DNA of 64,000 bases from an uncultured Nitrospinota bacterium (GCA_963707985.1 CAVPRW010000014.1:224001-288000), one strand, 5' to 3'. Numbered from the stretch's first letter, positions 20,407 through 31,220 are shown. Notes: generated by a model from the sequence alone, not told the origin. Made by a program: numbers and translations.

Positions 20407-20895
20407 ATGGTGAGAATGGCAGTCTACCCCGGGACGTTCGACCCGGTGACCAATGGTCATATCGATGTGATGGAGCGCAGCCTGCGGCTGTTTGACCGGG
20501 TGTATGTCGGTGTCTTCGATAATATCTCGAAGTCGGTACTGTTCTCCAATCAGGAACGCATCGATATGATCCGACAGGCCACCGCGCATCTGCCGGGCCT
20601 CGAGGTCGAGGCCTTTCACTCATTGCTGGTGGATTATGCCAAGACGCGTGGGGCCTGCGCCATTATCCGGGGGCTGCGGGCGGTCTCCGATTTCGATTAC
20701 GAGTTTCAGATGACGCTGATGAACCGCAAATTAGACTCGGTTACTGAAACGGTCTTCATGATGCCCAGCGAAGAATACGTCTACGTCAGCTCACGCCTGA
20801 TCAAAGAGGTTGTGGGCCTGGGCGGGCGGGTGACTGGACTGGTGCCCGATTTCGTCGAAGCAGCCCTCATGCAGCGCCTTGGCAACCGGAAGTAG
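20407..20895 (+). CDS. coaD: Phosphopantetheine adenylyltransferase
   Basis: YPGTFDPVTNGH, IIRGLRAVSDFDYE and VSSRLIKEV. Confidence 0.97.
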   Translation: MVRMAVYPGTFDPVTNGHIDVMERSLRLFDRVYVGVFDNISKSVLFSNQERIDMIRQATAHLPGLEVEAFHSLLVDYAKTRGACAIIRGLRAVSDFDYEFQMTLMNRKLDSVTETVFMMPSEEYVYVSSRLIKEVVGLGGRVTGLVPDFVEAALMQRLGNRK

Positions 20896-20906
20896 GAGAG
20901 GGACGT

Positions 20907-22103
20907 ATGGCACTCGCACGACGTATGGCAGGGTTCACGGAATCTCCGACGCTGAGAGTTTCGACCATCGCGAGGAGGCTGCGCGCCCAGGGTCGTGATG
21001 TGGTGGATTTCGGCAGCGGCGAGCCGGACTTCGATACCCCAGAACATATCAAACAAGCGGCCGTCAAAGCTCTGCACGAGGGGTTTACCAAATATACGAC
21101 CCCTTCGGGAATCGATGAGCTCAAAGATGCCATCGTCGACAAACTCAAGCGCGACAACGGTCTCCTGTATAATCGGGAGCAAGTCGTGGTGTCCTGTGGC
21201 GCTAAGCACACGCTGCACAATCTGGCCCAGGTCTTATTCGATCCAGGCGATGAGGTGATCTTACCTAGCCCTTACTGGACGACGTATGAGACGATCATCC
21301 AAATGGCCGAGGCCGTGCCGATCATTATTCCCACCACTGAGCCAGAAGGCTTCCGTGTATCCCTCGACACCCTGGAGCGTCACCTGTCACCTCGAACGAA
21401 GGCAATCATGCTCAACAGCCCGAGCAATCCCACTGGCAGCATGTATCACCACGACGAGCTCGCAGCCATTGCGAAGCTAGCGATGGGACGCGGCATGTAT
21501 GTTATCGCCGACGATATCTATGAGAAGATCATCTTCGACGGTCGGGTGCATACCAGCATCATACAGCTCATGCAGGAGACACCGCAATTGGGGATCCTGG
21601 TGAATGGCTTCTCCAAGACCTATGCCATGACCGGCTGGCGTCTGGGGTATGCCGCCGGTCCACGTGAGATCATCGCCGCCGTAGGAAACTACCAGAGCCA
21701 GACAACCTCCAACCCAACGTCGTTTGTCCAAAAGGCTGGAGTCGAAGCCTTACGTGGGCCGCAGGAGGCGGTCAGCCTCATGGTGCAGGAGTTTGAGCAG
21801 CGCCGCAACTATGTGGTGGAACGTTTGAATGCCATGGATGGGCTGTCCTGTTTCAGGCCTATGGGAGCGTTTTACGCCTTTCCCAACGTCAGTGCCACTT
21901 ATGGCCAGCGCAGTACCTCGGGCCAGATCACCGATTCCGTCAGCTTTGCCGAGCATTTGCTGCAGACCGCTGGCGTTGCCGTGGTGCCGGGAGCGGTGTT
22001 TGGCGACGATCGGTGTATCCGTCTGTCCTTCGCCACTTCGATGGAACAATTGCACACCGGCTTGGATCGGATTGAGCAATTCGCCAAAGGCCTGCAGGCC
22101 TAG
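20907..22103 (+). CDS. PLP-dependent aminotransferase, class I/II (aspartate aminotransferase)
   Basis: GEPDF, GAKH, NSPSNPTG, DDIYE and NGFSKTYAMTGWRLG. Confidence 0.95.
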   Translation: MALARRMAGFTESPTLRVSTIARRLRAQGRDVVDFGSGEPDFDTPEHIKQAAVKALHEGFTKYTTPSGIDELKDAIVDKLKRDNGLLYNREQVVVSCGAKHTLHNLAQVLFDPGDEVILPSPYWTTYETIIQMAEAVPIIIPTTEPEGFRVSLDTLERHLSPRTKAIMLNSPSNPTGSMYHHDELAAIAKLAMGRGMYVIADDIYEKIIFDGRVHTSIIQLMQETPQLGILVNGFSKTYAMTGWRLGYAAGPREIIAAVGNYQSQTTSNPTSFVQKAGVEALRGPQEAVSLMVQEFEQRRNYVVERLNAMDGLSCFRPMGAFYAFPNVSATYGQRSTSGQITDSVSFAEHLLQTAGVAVVPGAVFGDDRCIRLSFATSMEQLHTGLDRIEQFAKGLQA

Positions 22104-22140
22104 TCAGCGGGTCTACGGTCTGGGAGGCGATGCTCGGGCC

Positions 22141-22969
22141 TCAATTGGCCGCTTTGACACAGCGAAAGCCGAACGAGGTCATCTGTGAGTGTGGTAAGGC
22201 ATACTGCCGGTGGTAACCATTGGCGGTTGAATGTGCGTAATCCCACGAACCCCCGCGCAGGACTCGGTATTTGTTGCGCTCTTCATAGCGCGTTAGCGGA
22301 TTGCCCGGATACGGGGCGAAATAGTCTTCAACCCATTCGGAGACATTGCCCGCCAGATCGTACACTCCATATTCGCTCACATCGTCCTTGAAAGCTCCCA
22401 CAGGGGCGGTCTGTTTTCGGGCACTTTCCGAAGTGTTAGCCTTACCGTCCCCCCAGTCGTTTCCCCAGGGATAGAGTTTCCCTTTGGCGCCACGTGCCGC
22501 TTTCTCCCACTCGGCCTCGCTGGGGATGCGTTTTCCGGCCCAGGTACAGAACGCCTTGGCGTCCTCCCAGCTGACCAGGACTACTGGATCATCTCCCTTC
22601 CCTTCTGGATACATGCGCTTCTGCCAGTCCCAGAGGTAGGGCTTCACAGCTGCAGCATCGGGCTCATGGGACCAAGGAATCTTATAGCTGGTGGCATCGA
22701 TGAAGCGCTTGTAGCGTTTGTTGGTGACTTCATATTTGTCAATAGAGAAAGCTGGCAGATTGATCCGGCTCACGGGGAGCGTGTCGTACCCACCCTTATC
22801 ATAGCCCCTGATGAACTCTCCGGCGGGAATGAGGACGACTTCAGCCTCGTCCATCATCCCGCTCGACAGGCGTGTTTGATGTGCCGGCTGCGGCAGTGCC
22901 GGCCAGATCGTGCTGCCTCCAGGCGTGGGGCACGACCAACAGGCCGAGCAGCGCACCGATGACCAGCAT
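22141..22969 (-). CDS. Formylglycine-generating enzyme (SUMF1/FGE-sulfatase) domain protein; signal peptide lies in another frame (frameshift near 22900)
   Basis: IPAGEF, IDKYEVTN, PVVLVSW, RIPSEAEWEKAARG, DLAGNVSEW, RGGSW and GFRC. A signal peptide MLVIGALLGLLVVPHAW is read in the 22841-23122 frame. Confidence 0.85.
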
Positions 22970-23170
22970 GCCTTTCCCCAGAGCTAGACGCCCAGGGGCC
23001 ATGTCAGACGACTTCACGCGTAGGTCCCGATCCCACATCCACGTACGACGCATGCTCATCTTCCTCAGCATAGGAAACGCTACCCGGAATACCAAGAGAA
23101 AAGGGGACCCAGGCGACGACATCCCGGATCCCCTTTGGCTATCAGCTCAGCTCGCCAATCACCTGCCCAG

Positions 23171-24359
23171 CTAGCGCACCAACACCTTGAACTCGACACG
23201 CCGGTTCAGACGCTCGCCCTTCCGCGGTACGGTTGTCCGCAATCGGCCGTGATTCGCCGTAGCTCAGCGGTGTCATGCGCTTTGGATCGACCTGATGCCT
23301 CAGCACTAGATAGCCCATCACGACCTCTGCACGTCGCTGGCCAAGGCCAAGGTTGTACAGTTCGGTCCCAATCGAGTCGGTGTTGCCTTCGATGACCACG
23401 CTCAGGCGCGGATTGTCTTTGATCTTTTGGGCAGCTTCATCCAGCACTCGTCGGCCAAGCGGCGTGAGCCGCGATTTATCGAACTCAAAGTGCACAGATT
23501 GCAGCACAATTGTCTCAATGACTGCCTGGGGCGGCGCAACTGGGGGTGGTGGCGGTGGTGGTGGCGGTGGCGGCGGCGGTGGCGGCGGTGGCGGTGGCGG
23601 GCGGTGCGGGAAGTGGAACGCTATACCCGCCGTGGCCATGTTGAAATCGTACCCGGTGACGCCAGGAGCCATTACCCGTTGACCACTCCCCATGTTCCAG
23701 GTCACGGGGAACACATGCACGTACTTATATTCGGTATAGAGGGCCACATTCGGCGAGAAAAAGTATTTCAGACCGGCAATGCCCTGGGCTCCCCAGGCGT
23801 CCGCGGAATCGTCCACCTCGCCGCCGACAGGTCGGTTATCCATACTCATCTGGGCATTCACCCAGCCACCGCCCCCACCGATGTACGGTTGCAGGCGCCC
23901 CTGCGGGAACTCCTGGCTGCGGAGCAACGGGAGTCGCCCGACCACGTCGAGCATCACGGCAGTGGTGTTAAGACTTATTTGGTTCCCGGTGTTGAGCCTC
24001 AGCCGGGAACCTATGGGACCTTCGTTCACTCCGTTGTCACCGGCGAAGTCCGGACCAAAGACGTTGAAGACATCGAGCTCGAATCCGAGGAACGGCAGCG
24101 ATTCCATGAAGTAGCCGAATTTGCCGCCCAACACCCCTGACGTGTCAAAGCTCTGATTGCCGCGCGTCACGTCGCCCTGCACGGTTGTGGAGGTCGATCC
24201 GACGGTCAAGTCGAAGTCGCCATACTTTAGGTTGTTCACACGGGGGAAGGCGACACCACCGTACAGCCCAAAATACGGTTCTGCAGAAGCCAATGACGTG
24301 ATGACAAGGAGGGAAATAGCTGCCCAGCTAAAGCCCGCTCTGAGTTTTCGCATCCTCAT
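23171..24359 (-). CDS. OmpA-family outer membrane protein (beta-barrel, poly-Pro linker, OmpA_C); 1-nt frameshift near the C-terminus
   Basis: Signal peptide, barrel strands (LQPYIGGGGG, LYTEYKY), VHFEFDKS, EGNTDSIG and YGESRPIADN. Removing one base at about 23210 restores ALNRRVEFKVLVR*. Confidence 0.9.
23541..23600 (-). repeat. CCN trinucleotide run encoding 20 consecutive prolines
   Basis: Directly visible GGT/GGC run on the + strand. Confidence 0.95.
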
Positions 24360-24833
24360 ACCGATTCTCCCTAAGTGAGAGCGTCCGTGAGCACGTTGTA
24401 CGCACCGCAACGCGAGTGTACCCATCGTCACTGTGCATGCCGATGGGAGCTTACCCGACCAATCTTCTGACCTACGTCCAACGAACGCCTGACGGAACAG
24501 CATCCAGTCTGTGGGGGGAAGAACTTCATCCTGTCGATCTTAGCCATACTTCCTGCGTGTTGATCATTACCAACTCCTTACGTTTCAACTCAGGTCATCA
24601 AGGCCGGCGACACCCCTTGCCCAGAACCGATTCCGGCAGGGCTCCCCCAGACGACACGCGGTGCAAGGCACCTCATAAGGAGGATCGGCCGATCTCGTCA
24701 TACGCCAGCGAGGCTGCTGGCGCAGTACATCTCGAGAAAAAGTTGAATCACCTGAAGGCTCACGTCCCTCCTCCGCCTCGGAGAAGAGGATCACGATGCA
24801 TGCCGCCACCAACCTAGCGAATTAACACCTCAA

Positions 24834-24936
24834 ATTTCGACTAGACGCTTGAGACTCCCTTGCCCCCGTGGGTGCCTTTCGGCAAAGGGGTGTACCTCGC
24901 CACAGCCGAGAGTCGCCATCCGTCTTAGGTCGAAAT
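24834..24936 (-). ncRNA. Candidate structured RNA element (unassigned)
   Basis: Nested stems ATTTCGAC/GTCGAAAT, AGACG/CGTCT and GACTC/GAGTC, plus a TGCC-GAAA-GGCA hairpin on the minus strand. Confidence 0.35.
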
Positions 24937-25682
24937 GGAAAAGTGGGCCCAATGCAGGGCTGAAACACGCTCTGTCAACAGGGCCACTACAATTGATGGT
25001 ATAGGGCGAGTCAATGCTATGGAAGATTGCGCGGGTCTTTTCAGTAGCCCAGTGAGTGCCAAAGTTCCTGGACATGCCGCTGAGCGCGGCAACCCTATCC
25101 CCGAGGAGATGGAGCCCATACATAGGCTCCTGTTCGGGATATGAATAGGTGAATGGATATTCGAAGCCATGGGTTTTCAGGTCGATGAACCGTCCACAAG
25201 GCTGAGTAGTGAAACCAACGGGAGAAAGGCTTGAGCACGCCGATATAGCTGAAAGATCATTCAATCCCTCACGCATGTTCCCCTGGCCGGTTTCGGACTC
25301 GCTGTCTGAGCGTTTGCCTCCCATACTAGCCTGCTTCGGTCCTGCATCCGTGGTTATTCCCCACATGGCAGCTCCAAGCTCCAGATCATGGCAAGAATCA
25401 CCACACTCCCTAGAGGGCAGCGTGATGCCGATCCACTCAAACCCACTGCGGATCATTACCATACCATGTCTGGAAATCGGCGGTGCAGATTTTCTCGAAC
25501 GAGTGGAACGATCCACTGGAGAAATTTCCCCGGCGCAAAGGCTTTTGGAGTCGTGACATCAATGTGATTTTCGATCCCAGGAATCTGGCCCATACGCGCA
25601 CCGCCTGATATCGCACGCCATGGACCTAATCAGGACGCCGTGGCGGCTATCAGAGCTGAGTTCACTATGATCGTAGCTGCGT

Positions 25683-25711
25683 ATACTATCCAACAGCTGG
25701 CATCTTGTCAA
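25683..25711 (-). promoter_or_regulatory. Putative sigma70 promoter TTGACA-17-TAGTAT pointing into the 1.3-kb region upstream of ompA
   Basis: Consensus match on the minus strand. Confidence 0.5.
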
Positions 25712-25982
25712 TCGAAAACCGCACTGCGAGGGTTTTGAGCCGCGTGGATGGCGGCAATGATGGCCGGTGGTGAGCGAGGAGAGTGCTCTGCACGGGCCCA
25801 GGGGAACAGGAACGCTGGGCAGGGCGAGGCAGGAGCAGGTGCCCCGCTACAGGGGGAAAGTATTCAGCGATGAATTCGGGTTGTTCGCTACGAGCGATTT
25901 GCGTATACTGCTGCACGTTGTCACATGTGATTTCTTGCTGCAGCGACATAACCAATCAGTAGGTGGAAACGAGGATCCGCGC

Positions 25983-26681
25983 ATGGTAGACAGCGTCAGC
26001 TCACGCAAAACAGTGTTCGCGTGCTTTGCTCACCCTGACGATGAAGTGGGCGCTCTAGGAACCCTGGCCAATCATGGCGACCGCGGTGACCGCGTCGTGT
26101 TGGCATGGATGACCTGTGGAGAAAATACGTCGATGTCGAAGGCGAAGAGCCCCACTGAGGTGGCCCGGGAACGACGTGCCCATGGACAGGAGGTAGGCAC
26201 GATCATCGGCTGCGAGGTGGCTTTCTTCGATTATGGTGACACCCAGGTGCAATTGACCCGCGACGCGGCAGTGCAGATGGGCCGGTTCATCGCTGAGCTC
26301 AAGCCCGATGCGATCATCACCTGGGACAGCTTCAATAGCCACCCCGATCACCGCGAAACCTCTAAAATCATCATGGATGCGGTGCGCTTTGCACGTCTAC
26401 CACGCTTGGTGGAGCCCCATACGCCCCATCGCCTGGATCTCCCGATCTATCAGTATGTGGATGATCGGAGCCATGATCCCATCGTCTATGTCGATGTCTC
26501 CGAACAGATCGACAAAATCCTCAAAGCTGTGGCAGTCTACTCGGAAGCCTTCGACTGGACGAATGTCGATGAACGCGTGCGGGTGCGTCGGGCCTCCATC
26601 GGCATGCAATGCGGTGTGCGCTATGCGGAGCAATTCACGGTGCGGCGCCGGATTGTCCCGTCCCAGAGCTATCTCGTATAA
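25983..26681 (+). CDS. PIG-L/LmbE family deacetylase
   Basis: AHPDDE, TCGE and HPDH motifs. GAGG RBS before ATG 25983. Confidence 0.9.
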   Translation: MVDSVSSRKTVFACFAHPDDEVGALGTLANHGDRGDRVVLAWMTCGENTSMSKAKSPTEVARERRAHGQEVGTIIGCEVAFFDYGDTQVQLTRDAAVQMGRFIAELKPDAIITWDSFNSHPDHRETSKIIMDAVRFARLPRLVEPHTPHRLDLPIYQYVDDRSHDPIVYVDVSEQIDKILKAVAVYSEAFDWTNVDERVRVRRASIGMQCGVRYAEQFTVRRRIVPSQSYLV

Positions 26682-26767
26682 ATCTCCACCATGGCTCGGG
26701 GCTGCCGTCAGTCTGACGTCGCTGGCGCTCTTGTCCATCAATGCTGGCGTAGCCGAGGGGTTGAGCG

Positions 26768-28003
26768 ATGGAACATCATGACATTCGCATGCGGGGGTTC
26801 GCTACCCGCCATGATGTTGATGAGGCGCTGGCGCTTCTCGTGCCACGCATCACCCCGCTGCCGAGCGAGGTCATTCCGCTCGACGAGGGGCTCAATCGCG
26901 TCCTTGCCGAGGACATGATTGCGGGTTTCGATGTGCCACATTTTGACCGTTCTGCCGTCGATGGCTACGGGGTGCGCGCACGCGATACGTTCGGTGCCTC
27001 CGATTACAATCCCCTCCCCCTGACGCTCAAGGGTGAAATTTTTCCTGGCCGCGCACTCGACCTTACCCTCGGCGCCAACGAGGCCGTGCGTATCATGACC
27101 GGCGCGCCGCTGCCGGCTGGAGCCGATGCGGTGGTCATGGCGGAGTATGCCGAGGAAAATGAAGACAAGGGATACGTCAACATTCTGCAGCCCATTTCTC
27201 CGTTCAAGAATGTTGGCCGCGTCGGTGAGGATATCCGCTGCGGGGATGTGGTGTTGGCGCGCGGCCGCCGGCTGCGCCCTCAGGATCTGGGCGTCCTGGC
27301 CTCGGTTCAAGTGGCCAAAATCCCTGTCTATCGTCGGCCCACAGTAGCGCTGATCATCACCGGTAATGAGTTGGTCCGGGTTGGCGAACCGCTGATCGGC
27401 TGCCAGATCGTCGACAGCAACTCGTTGACCTTGGCCGGTCAGAGTCGACGTTTGGGTGCAGTGCCGGTGCACAAGGGGATCATTGGCGATGACTACCATG
27501 TCATCAAAGACACCATTCAGAAAACCACCGAGGACGTGGTGATCATCGCCGGCGGGACATCAGTCGGCGCCGAGGACTTTGCCCCGCTCATCATCCAGGA
27601 ACTCGGCGAGCTCGTGGTGCATGGCGTGGCGATGCGGCCGTCCAGTCCAGTGGGGTTTGGCTTCATCCGGCAGCAACCGATTTTCCTCATCCCCGGTAAC
27701 CCGGTCTCAGCGCTGGTGGCCTTCGATGCCTTCGTCGGCCCCACGTTGCAGCGTCTGCAGGGCCTGCAGCCCGCTTATCCGTATGCCAGGGTGCGCGGCA
27801 TCCTGACCCGTAAAATCGCCTCTGCCATCGGCCGCGTCGACTTCGTGCGCGTGCGCTACACCGCGGCCGGGGTCGAGCCCTTACGCGTGACTGGCGCCAG
27901 CATTCTGTCCTCGACCACACGCGCCGATGGTTTCGTCATCGTGGACAAGAACTCCGAAGGCCTGGACGAGGGGCAGGAGGTGGAGGTCTACATCTACTCA
28001 TGA
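26768..28003 (+). CDS. moeA: Molybdopterin molybdotransferase MoeA (paralogue 1)
   Basis: RSAVDGYGV, IMTGAPLPAGADAVVMAE, TGNEL, GGTSVG, PGNPVS and ADGF. Confidence 0.93.
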   Translation: MEHHDIRMRGFATRHDVDEALALLVPRITPLPSEVIPLDEGLNRVLAEDMIAGFDVPHFDRSAVDGYGVRARDTFGASDYNPLPLTLKGEIFPGRALDLTLGANEAVRIMTGAPLPAGADAVVMAEYAEENEDKGYVNILQPISPFKNVGRVGEDIRCGDVVLARGRRLRPQDLGVLASVQVAKIPVYRRPTVALIITGNELVRVGEPLIGCQIVDSNSLTLAGQSRRLGAVPVHKGIIGDDYHVIKDTIQKTTEDVVIIAGGTSVGAEDFAPLIIQELGELVVHGVAMRPSSPVGFGFIRQQPIFLIPGNPVSALVAFDAFVGPTLQRLQGLQPAYPYARVRGILTRKIASAIGRVDFVRVRYTAAGVEPLRVTGASILSSTTRADGFVIVDKNSEGLDEGQEVEVYIYS

Positions 28004-29982
28004 AACAGGAACAATTTCTCCACGTACTGACGAAGGAAGAAGCCGAGGCCATCTTCCATCAACACATCACTGTGGCGCCGTTGGGTGAGGAGTGCGTGCC
28101 GCTCGATCACTGTCTCGGGCGAGTGTTATCACGCGACGTCGTTGCCGCCGTCGACGTGCCATATTTTAATCGTTCGAATGTCGATGGCTTCGCGGTTGTC
28201 GCCGCCGACACGTTTGGAGTGGACGAGGAAAGTCCCACCGAGCTCAGCCTCAGCGGCGAACACTTGGCTCCTGGTGTCGTGCCGCAGGCGGAGGTCCAAC
28301 CTGGGATGGCCACGACCATCGCCACTGGCGCGATCATTCCGAAAGGGTCCAACGCCGTGGTCATGGTGGAAGACACCGATTGCCGTAGCGACGTGCTGTA
28401 TGTCTATCACCCTGTGGTGCCGGGTGAGAACATCAGCAATGCCGGCCAGGACATCATGCAGGGGGAGACCATCCTGCGCGAGGGGCAAGCGTTATCGTCG
28501 CGGGAAACAGGGGTATTGGCGGCGCTCGGCTGTGCCGAGGTGTGGTGCTACCGCAAGCCACGCGTGGCCATCATCTCCACCGGGGACGAGCTTATCCCTC
28601 CCGGCCAACTGATGACGGAGGGCAAAGTCTACGATTCGAATGCACGCATCATCGCCGACGCCGTGCGGGAGAACGGCGGCGAAGCCTATTTCATAGGTAT
28701 ATGCCCGGACGACGAGACGGCCCTGGAGGAGACAATTCGGCGCGCCCTGGTCCATGACCTGATCATCCTCTCAGGCGGTACCTCCAAGGGGGCTGGGGAC
28801 CTTTCCTACCGTGTCATCGCGCGTTTGGGGCCGCCAGGTATCCTCGTGCACGGTGTCGCCCTGAGACCCGGAAAGCCGTTGTGCCTTGGGGCTGTGGGGC
28901 GTACCCCCCTCGTCATCCTCCCCGGCTTTCCCACCTCGGCCACCGTCACCTTCCAGGAGTTTGTGCAGCCGCTTGTACGCGTCATGGCCGGACTGAACCG
29001 TGAGGAGCGTCATACCATTCCGGCCCGTGCGGCGGTGCGCTTTAACTCCCGCAAAGGACAGCTGGAATACGTGTTGGTCCATGTCGTACGCGGCCAGGCA
29101 GGCTATACCGCCTATCCCATCGGCAAAGGCTCGGGCTCGATGACCACCTTTAGTCAGGCCGATGGCTTTCTAAAAATTCCCACCAACCAGGAGATGCTCG
29201 CCAAGGACGAGGCGGTGCAGGTCCACCTGTTGAGCCGTGATTTACGCTTGGCCGACATCACCATGATCGGCAGTCATTGCGTAGGGGTGGATTTTCTGGT
29301 GAACTGCCTCAGACGGGAAGGTATCCAGGGGAAGATCATCAATGTCGGTTCGTCAGCAGGTTTGCAAGCGGCGCGACGCGGCGAGGCCGACATCGCAGGG
29401 ATGCACTTGCTCGACGAACAGACTGACGAATACAACCGGCCGTTTGTCAAAGCGGGCGATGGGCTGGCGCTGGTGCGAGGTTATGTACGGCGCCAGGGGC
29501 TCCTCTACCGACCGGGGGATGACTGGTCGCAACCGCCGACGTTCGAACGTCTCGTCGGCATGGCTGCAACGGAGGGCAAGCTCGTCCTGGTCAACCGTAA
29601 TCGTGGCTCGGGTACGCGCATTCTCTTTGACATGTGTCTGCGGACCTGTGCTCCGTCGCTGTCGATGTCCTTCGACAAGCTGACGGAGAGCTTGCGCGGC
29701 TATGATACAGAGGCCAGATCGCACAATGCCGTGGCGGCCTCCATCGCATTGCGGAAGGCCGATTGGGGGTTGGGCATCGACACCGTGGCGCATGACTATC
29801 ACCTGGCCTTCAGCTTCATGCAGGATGAACATTATGACTTTGTTATCCCTGCCGACAAGGTATCGCAACCGGCTATCCAGCAGTTTCTCGAACTTCTGCG
29901 CCGTGACACGGCGCGTGCCGGACTGACGCATCTCGGATTTCAGGTCCCTCCTGACATGGGAACGATCCTACTCATCGCCTAA
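28000..29982 (+). CDS. moeA: MoeA fused to a C-terminal periplasmic-binding-protein-like (PBP) domain
   Basis: RSNVDGFAV, STGDEL, SGGTSKG and LPGFPTS. C-terminal GSHC, ADIAGMHLLD, NRNRGSGTR and ADWGLG. ATGA overlap with the upstream moeA. Confidence 0.93.
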   Translation: MKQEQFLHVLTKEEAEAIFHQHITVAPLGEECVPLDHCLGRVLSRDVVAAVDVPYFNRSNVDGFAVVAADTFGVDEESPTELSLSGEHLAPGVVPQAEVQPGMATTIATGAIIPKGSNAVVMVEDTDCRSDVLYVYHPVVPGENISNAGQDIMQGETILREGQALSSRETGVLAALGCAEVWCYRKPRVAIISTGDELIPPGQLMTEGKVYDSNARIIADAVRENGGEAYFIGICPDDETALEETIRRALVHDLIILSGGTSKGAGDLSYRVIARLGPPGILVHGVALRPGKPLCLGAVGRTPLVILPGFPTSATVTFQEFVQPLVRVMAGLNREERHTIPARAAVRFNSRKGQLEYVLVHVVRGQAGYTAYPIGKGSGSMTTFSQADGFLKIPTNQEMLAKDEAVQVHLLSRDLRLADITMIGSHCVGVDFLVNCLRREGIQGKIINVGSSAGLQAARRGEADIAGMHLLDEQTDEYNRPFVKAGDGLALVRGYVRRQGLLYRPGDDWSQPPTFERLVGMAATEGKLVLVNRNRGSGTRILFDMCLRTCAPSLSMSFDKLTESLRGYDTEARSHNAVAASIALRKADWGLGIDTVAHDYHLAFSFMQDEHYDFVIPADKVSQPAIQQFLELLRRDTARAGLTHLGFQVPPDMGTILLIA

Positions 29983-29996
29983 GGGGAGAGCCCAGG

Positions 29997-31202
29997 ATGT
30001 TCAGCTTCGAGGAAGCCAGACAACGTGTGCTCGAACGCGTGGAGCCTTTGGCCGAGCGCGAACAGCTGGTGGTCAAGGATGCCTTGGGACGCATTCTCGC
30101 CGCTGATGTGCAGGCGCCACTCGACATCCCACCGTTGCCGAATTCGGCACGTGATGGCTACGCCCTGCGTGCTGCAGACCTCGTGAGCCATGGGAGTGCA
30201 CGCTTGCAGGTGGTGGCTGAGGTGCCTGCGGGACAATACTGTGACATCGAAATCAAAACGGGCCAGGCGGCGCGCATTTTTACCGGGGCTCCGATGCCGC
30301 CAGGCGCTGATACGGTGGTCATGCAAGAGTACGTGCAGCGACATGACGATGTCGTTGAAGTCCCGGTCAATGCCGTCAAAGCCTTCGATAACGTACGCCC
30401 ACGCGGTGAGGATGTGGCAACCGGCGATGTCGTGCTGGAGCGTGGGACGTATATTCGCCCGCAGGAGGTTGGCATTTTGGCGGCATTGGGCCTAACTCAT
30501 GTGGCGGTGTACAAACGGCCGCGAGTGGCGGTGATCTCCACCGGCAATGAGGTGGTCGAGGCCGGAGAGCCGCGTGGACCGGCGCAGATTTTCGACAGCA
30601 ATCGCTACTCCCTGATTGGCTTACTGGAGGTGCTCGGCGCCGAAGCCCTGGACTTTGGCATCATTGGCGACGAGCGTGACGCGCTGCGGCAAGCCTTTCT
30701 TCGTGCCAGCGAGCAAGCGCACGCCATTCTGACCTCGGGAGGGGTGTCGGTGGGCGCATATGATCTGGTGCGCGACATCCTCAACGAGGTTGGCAGCATC
30801 GATTTCTGGCGCGTCAAGATGCGACCAGGAGGCCCGCAGGCGTATGGCCGCATCGGGCCAGCCTATTTCTTTGGGCTCCCAGGCAATCCGGTGTCAGCTA
30901 TGGTGGTCTTTCTCGAAATCGTCCAGCCGGCGCTCTGGCGGCTCACAGGACGCAAGGATTGGCAACCCACCCGCTTTCGTGCCCGCCTGCGGGAAACTAT
31001 CCGCAAGCGTCCAGGATTGATGGAATTTCAGCGCGGCATCATAACCTATACTGACCTCGGTTGGGAAGTGACGACTACCGGGCCACAGGGTTCGGGCATC
31101 TTGCGCTCAATGGTCCAGGGGAACTGCCTCATCTTCCTGGCAGAAGAGCGCGGCGATTATGAACGTGGTGAAGAGGTATGGGTCGAACCATTTCCGATGT
31201 GA
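29997..31202 (+). CDS. moeA: Molybdopterin molybdotransferase MoeA/Glp (paralogue 3)
   Basis: NSARDGYAL, IFTGAPMP, STGNEV, SGGVSVG, LPGNPVS and GPQGSGILRSM. Confidence 0.93.
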   Translation: MFSFEEARQRVLERVEPLAEREQLVVKDALGRILAADVQAPLDIPPLPNSARDGYALRAADLVSHGSARLQVVAEVPAGQYCDIEIKTGQAARIFTGAPMPPGADTVVMQEYVQRHDDVVEVPVNAVKAFDNVRPRGEDVATGDVVLERGTYIRPQEVGILAALGLTHVAVYKRPRVAVISTGNEVVEAGEPRGPAQIFDSNRYSLIGLLEVLGAEALDFGIIGDERDALRQAFLRASEQAHAILTSGGVSVGAYDLVRDILNEVGSIDFWRVKMRPGGPQAYGRIGPAYFFGLPGNPVSAMVVFLEIVQPALWRLTGRKDWQPTRFRARLRETIRKRPGLMEFQRGIITYTDLGWEVTTTGPQGSGILRSMVQGNCLIFLAEERGDYERGEEVWVEPFPM

Positions 31203-31220
31203 TGCCAGACTAGGGAGCTA

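Noticed and set aside
23541..23600. GGC/GGT repeat as a CRISPR or VNTR
   Set aside because: It is explained by polyproline coding and has no repeat-spacer structure.
24830..25516. 228-aa minus-strand ORF
   Set aside because: It has no recognisable motif, atypical composition and no RBS, so it is probably spurious.
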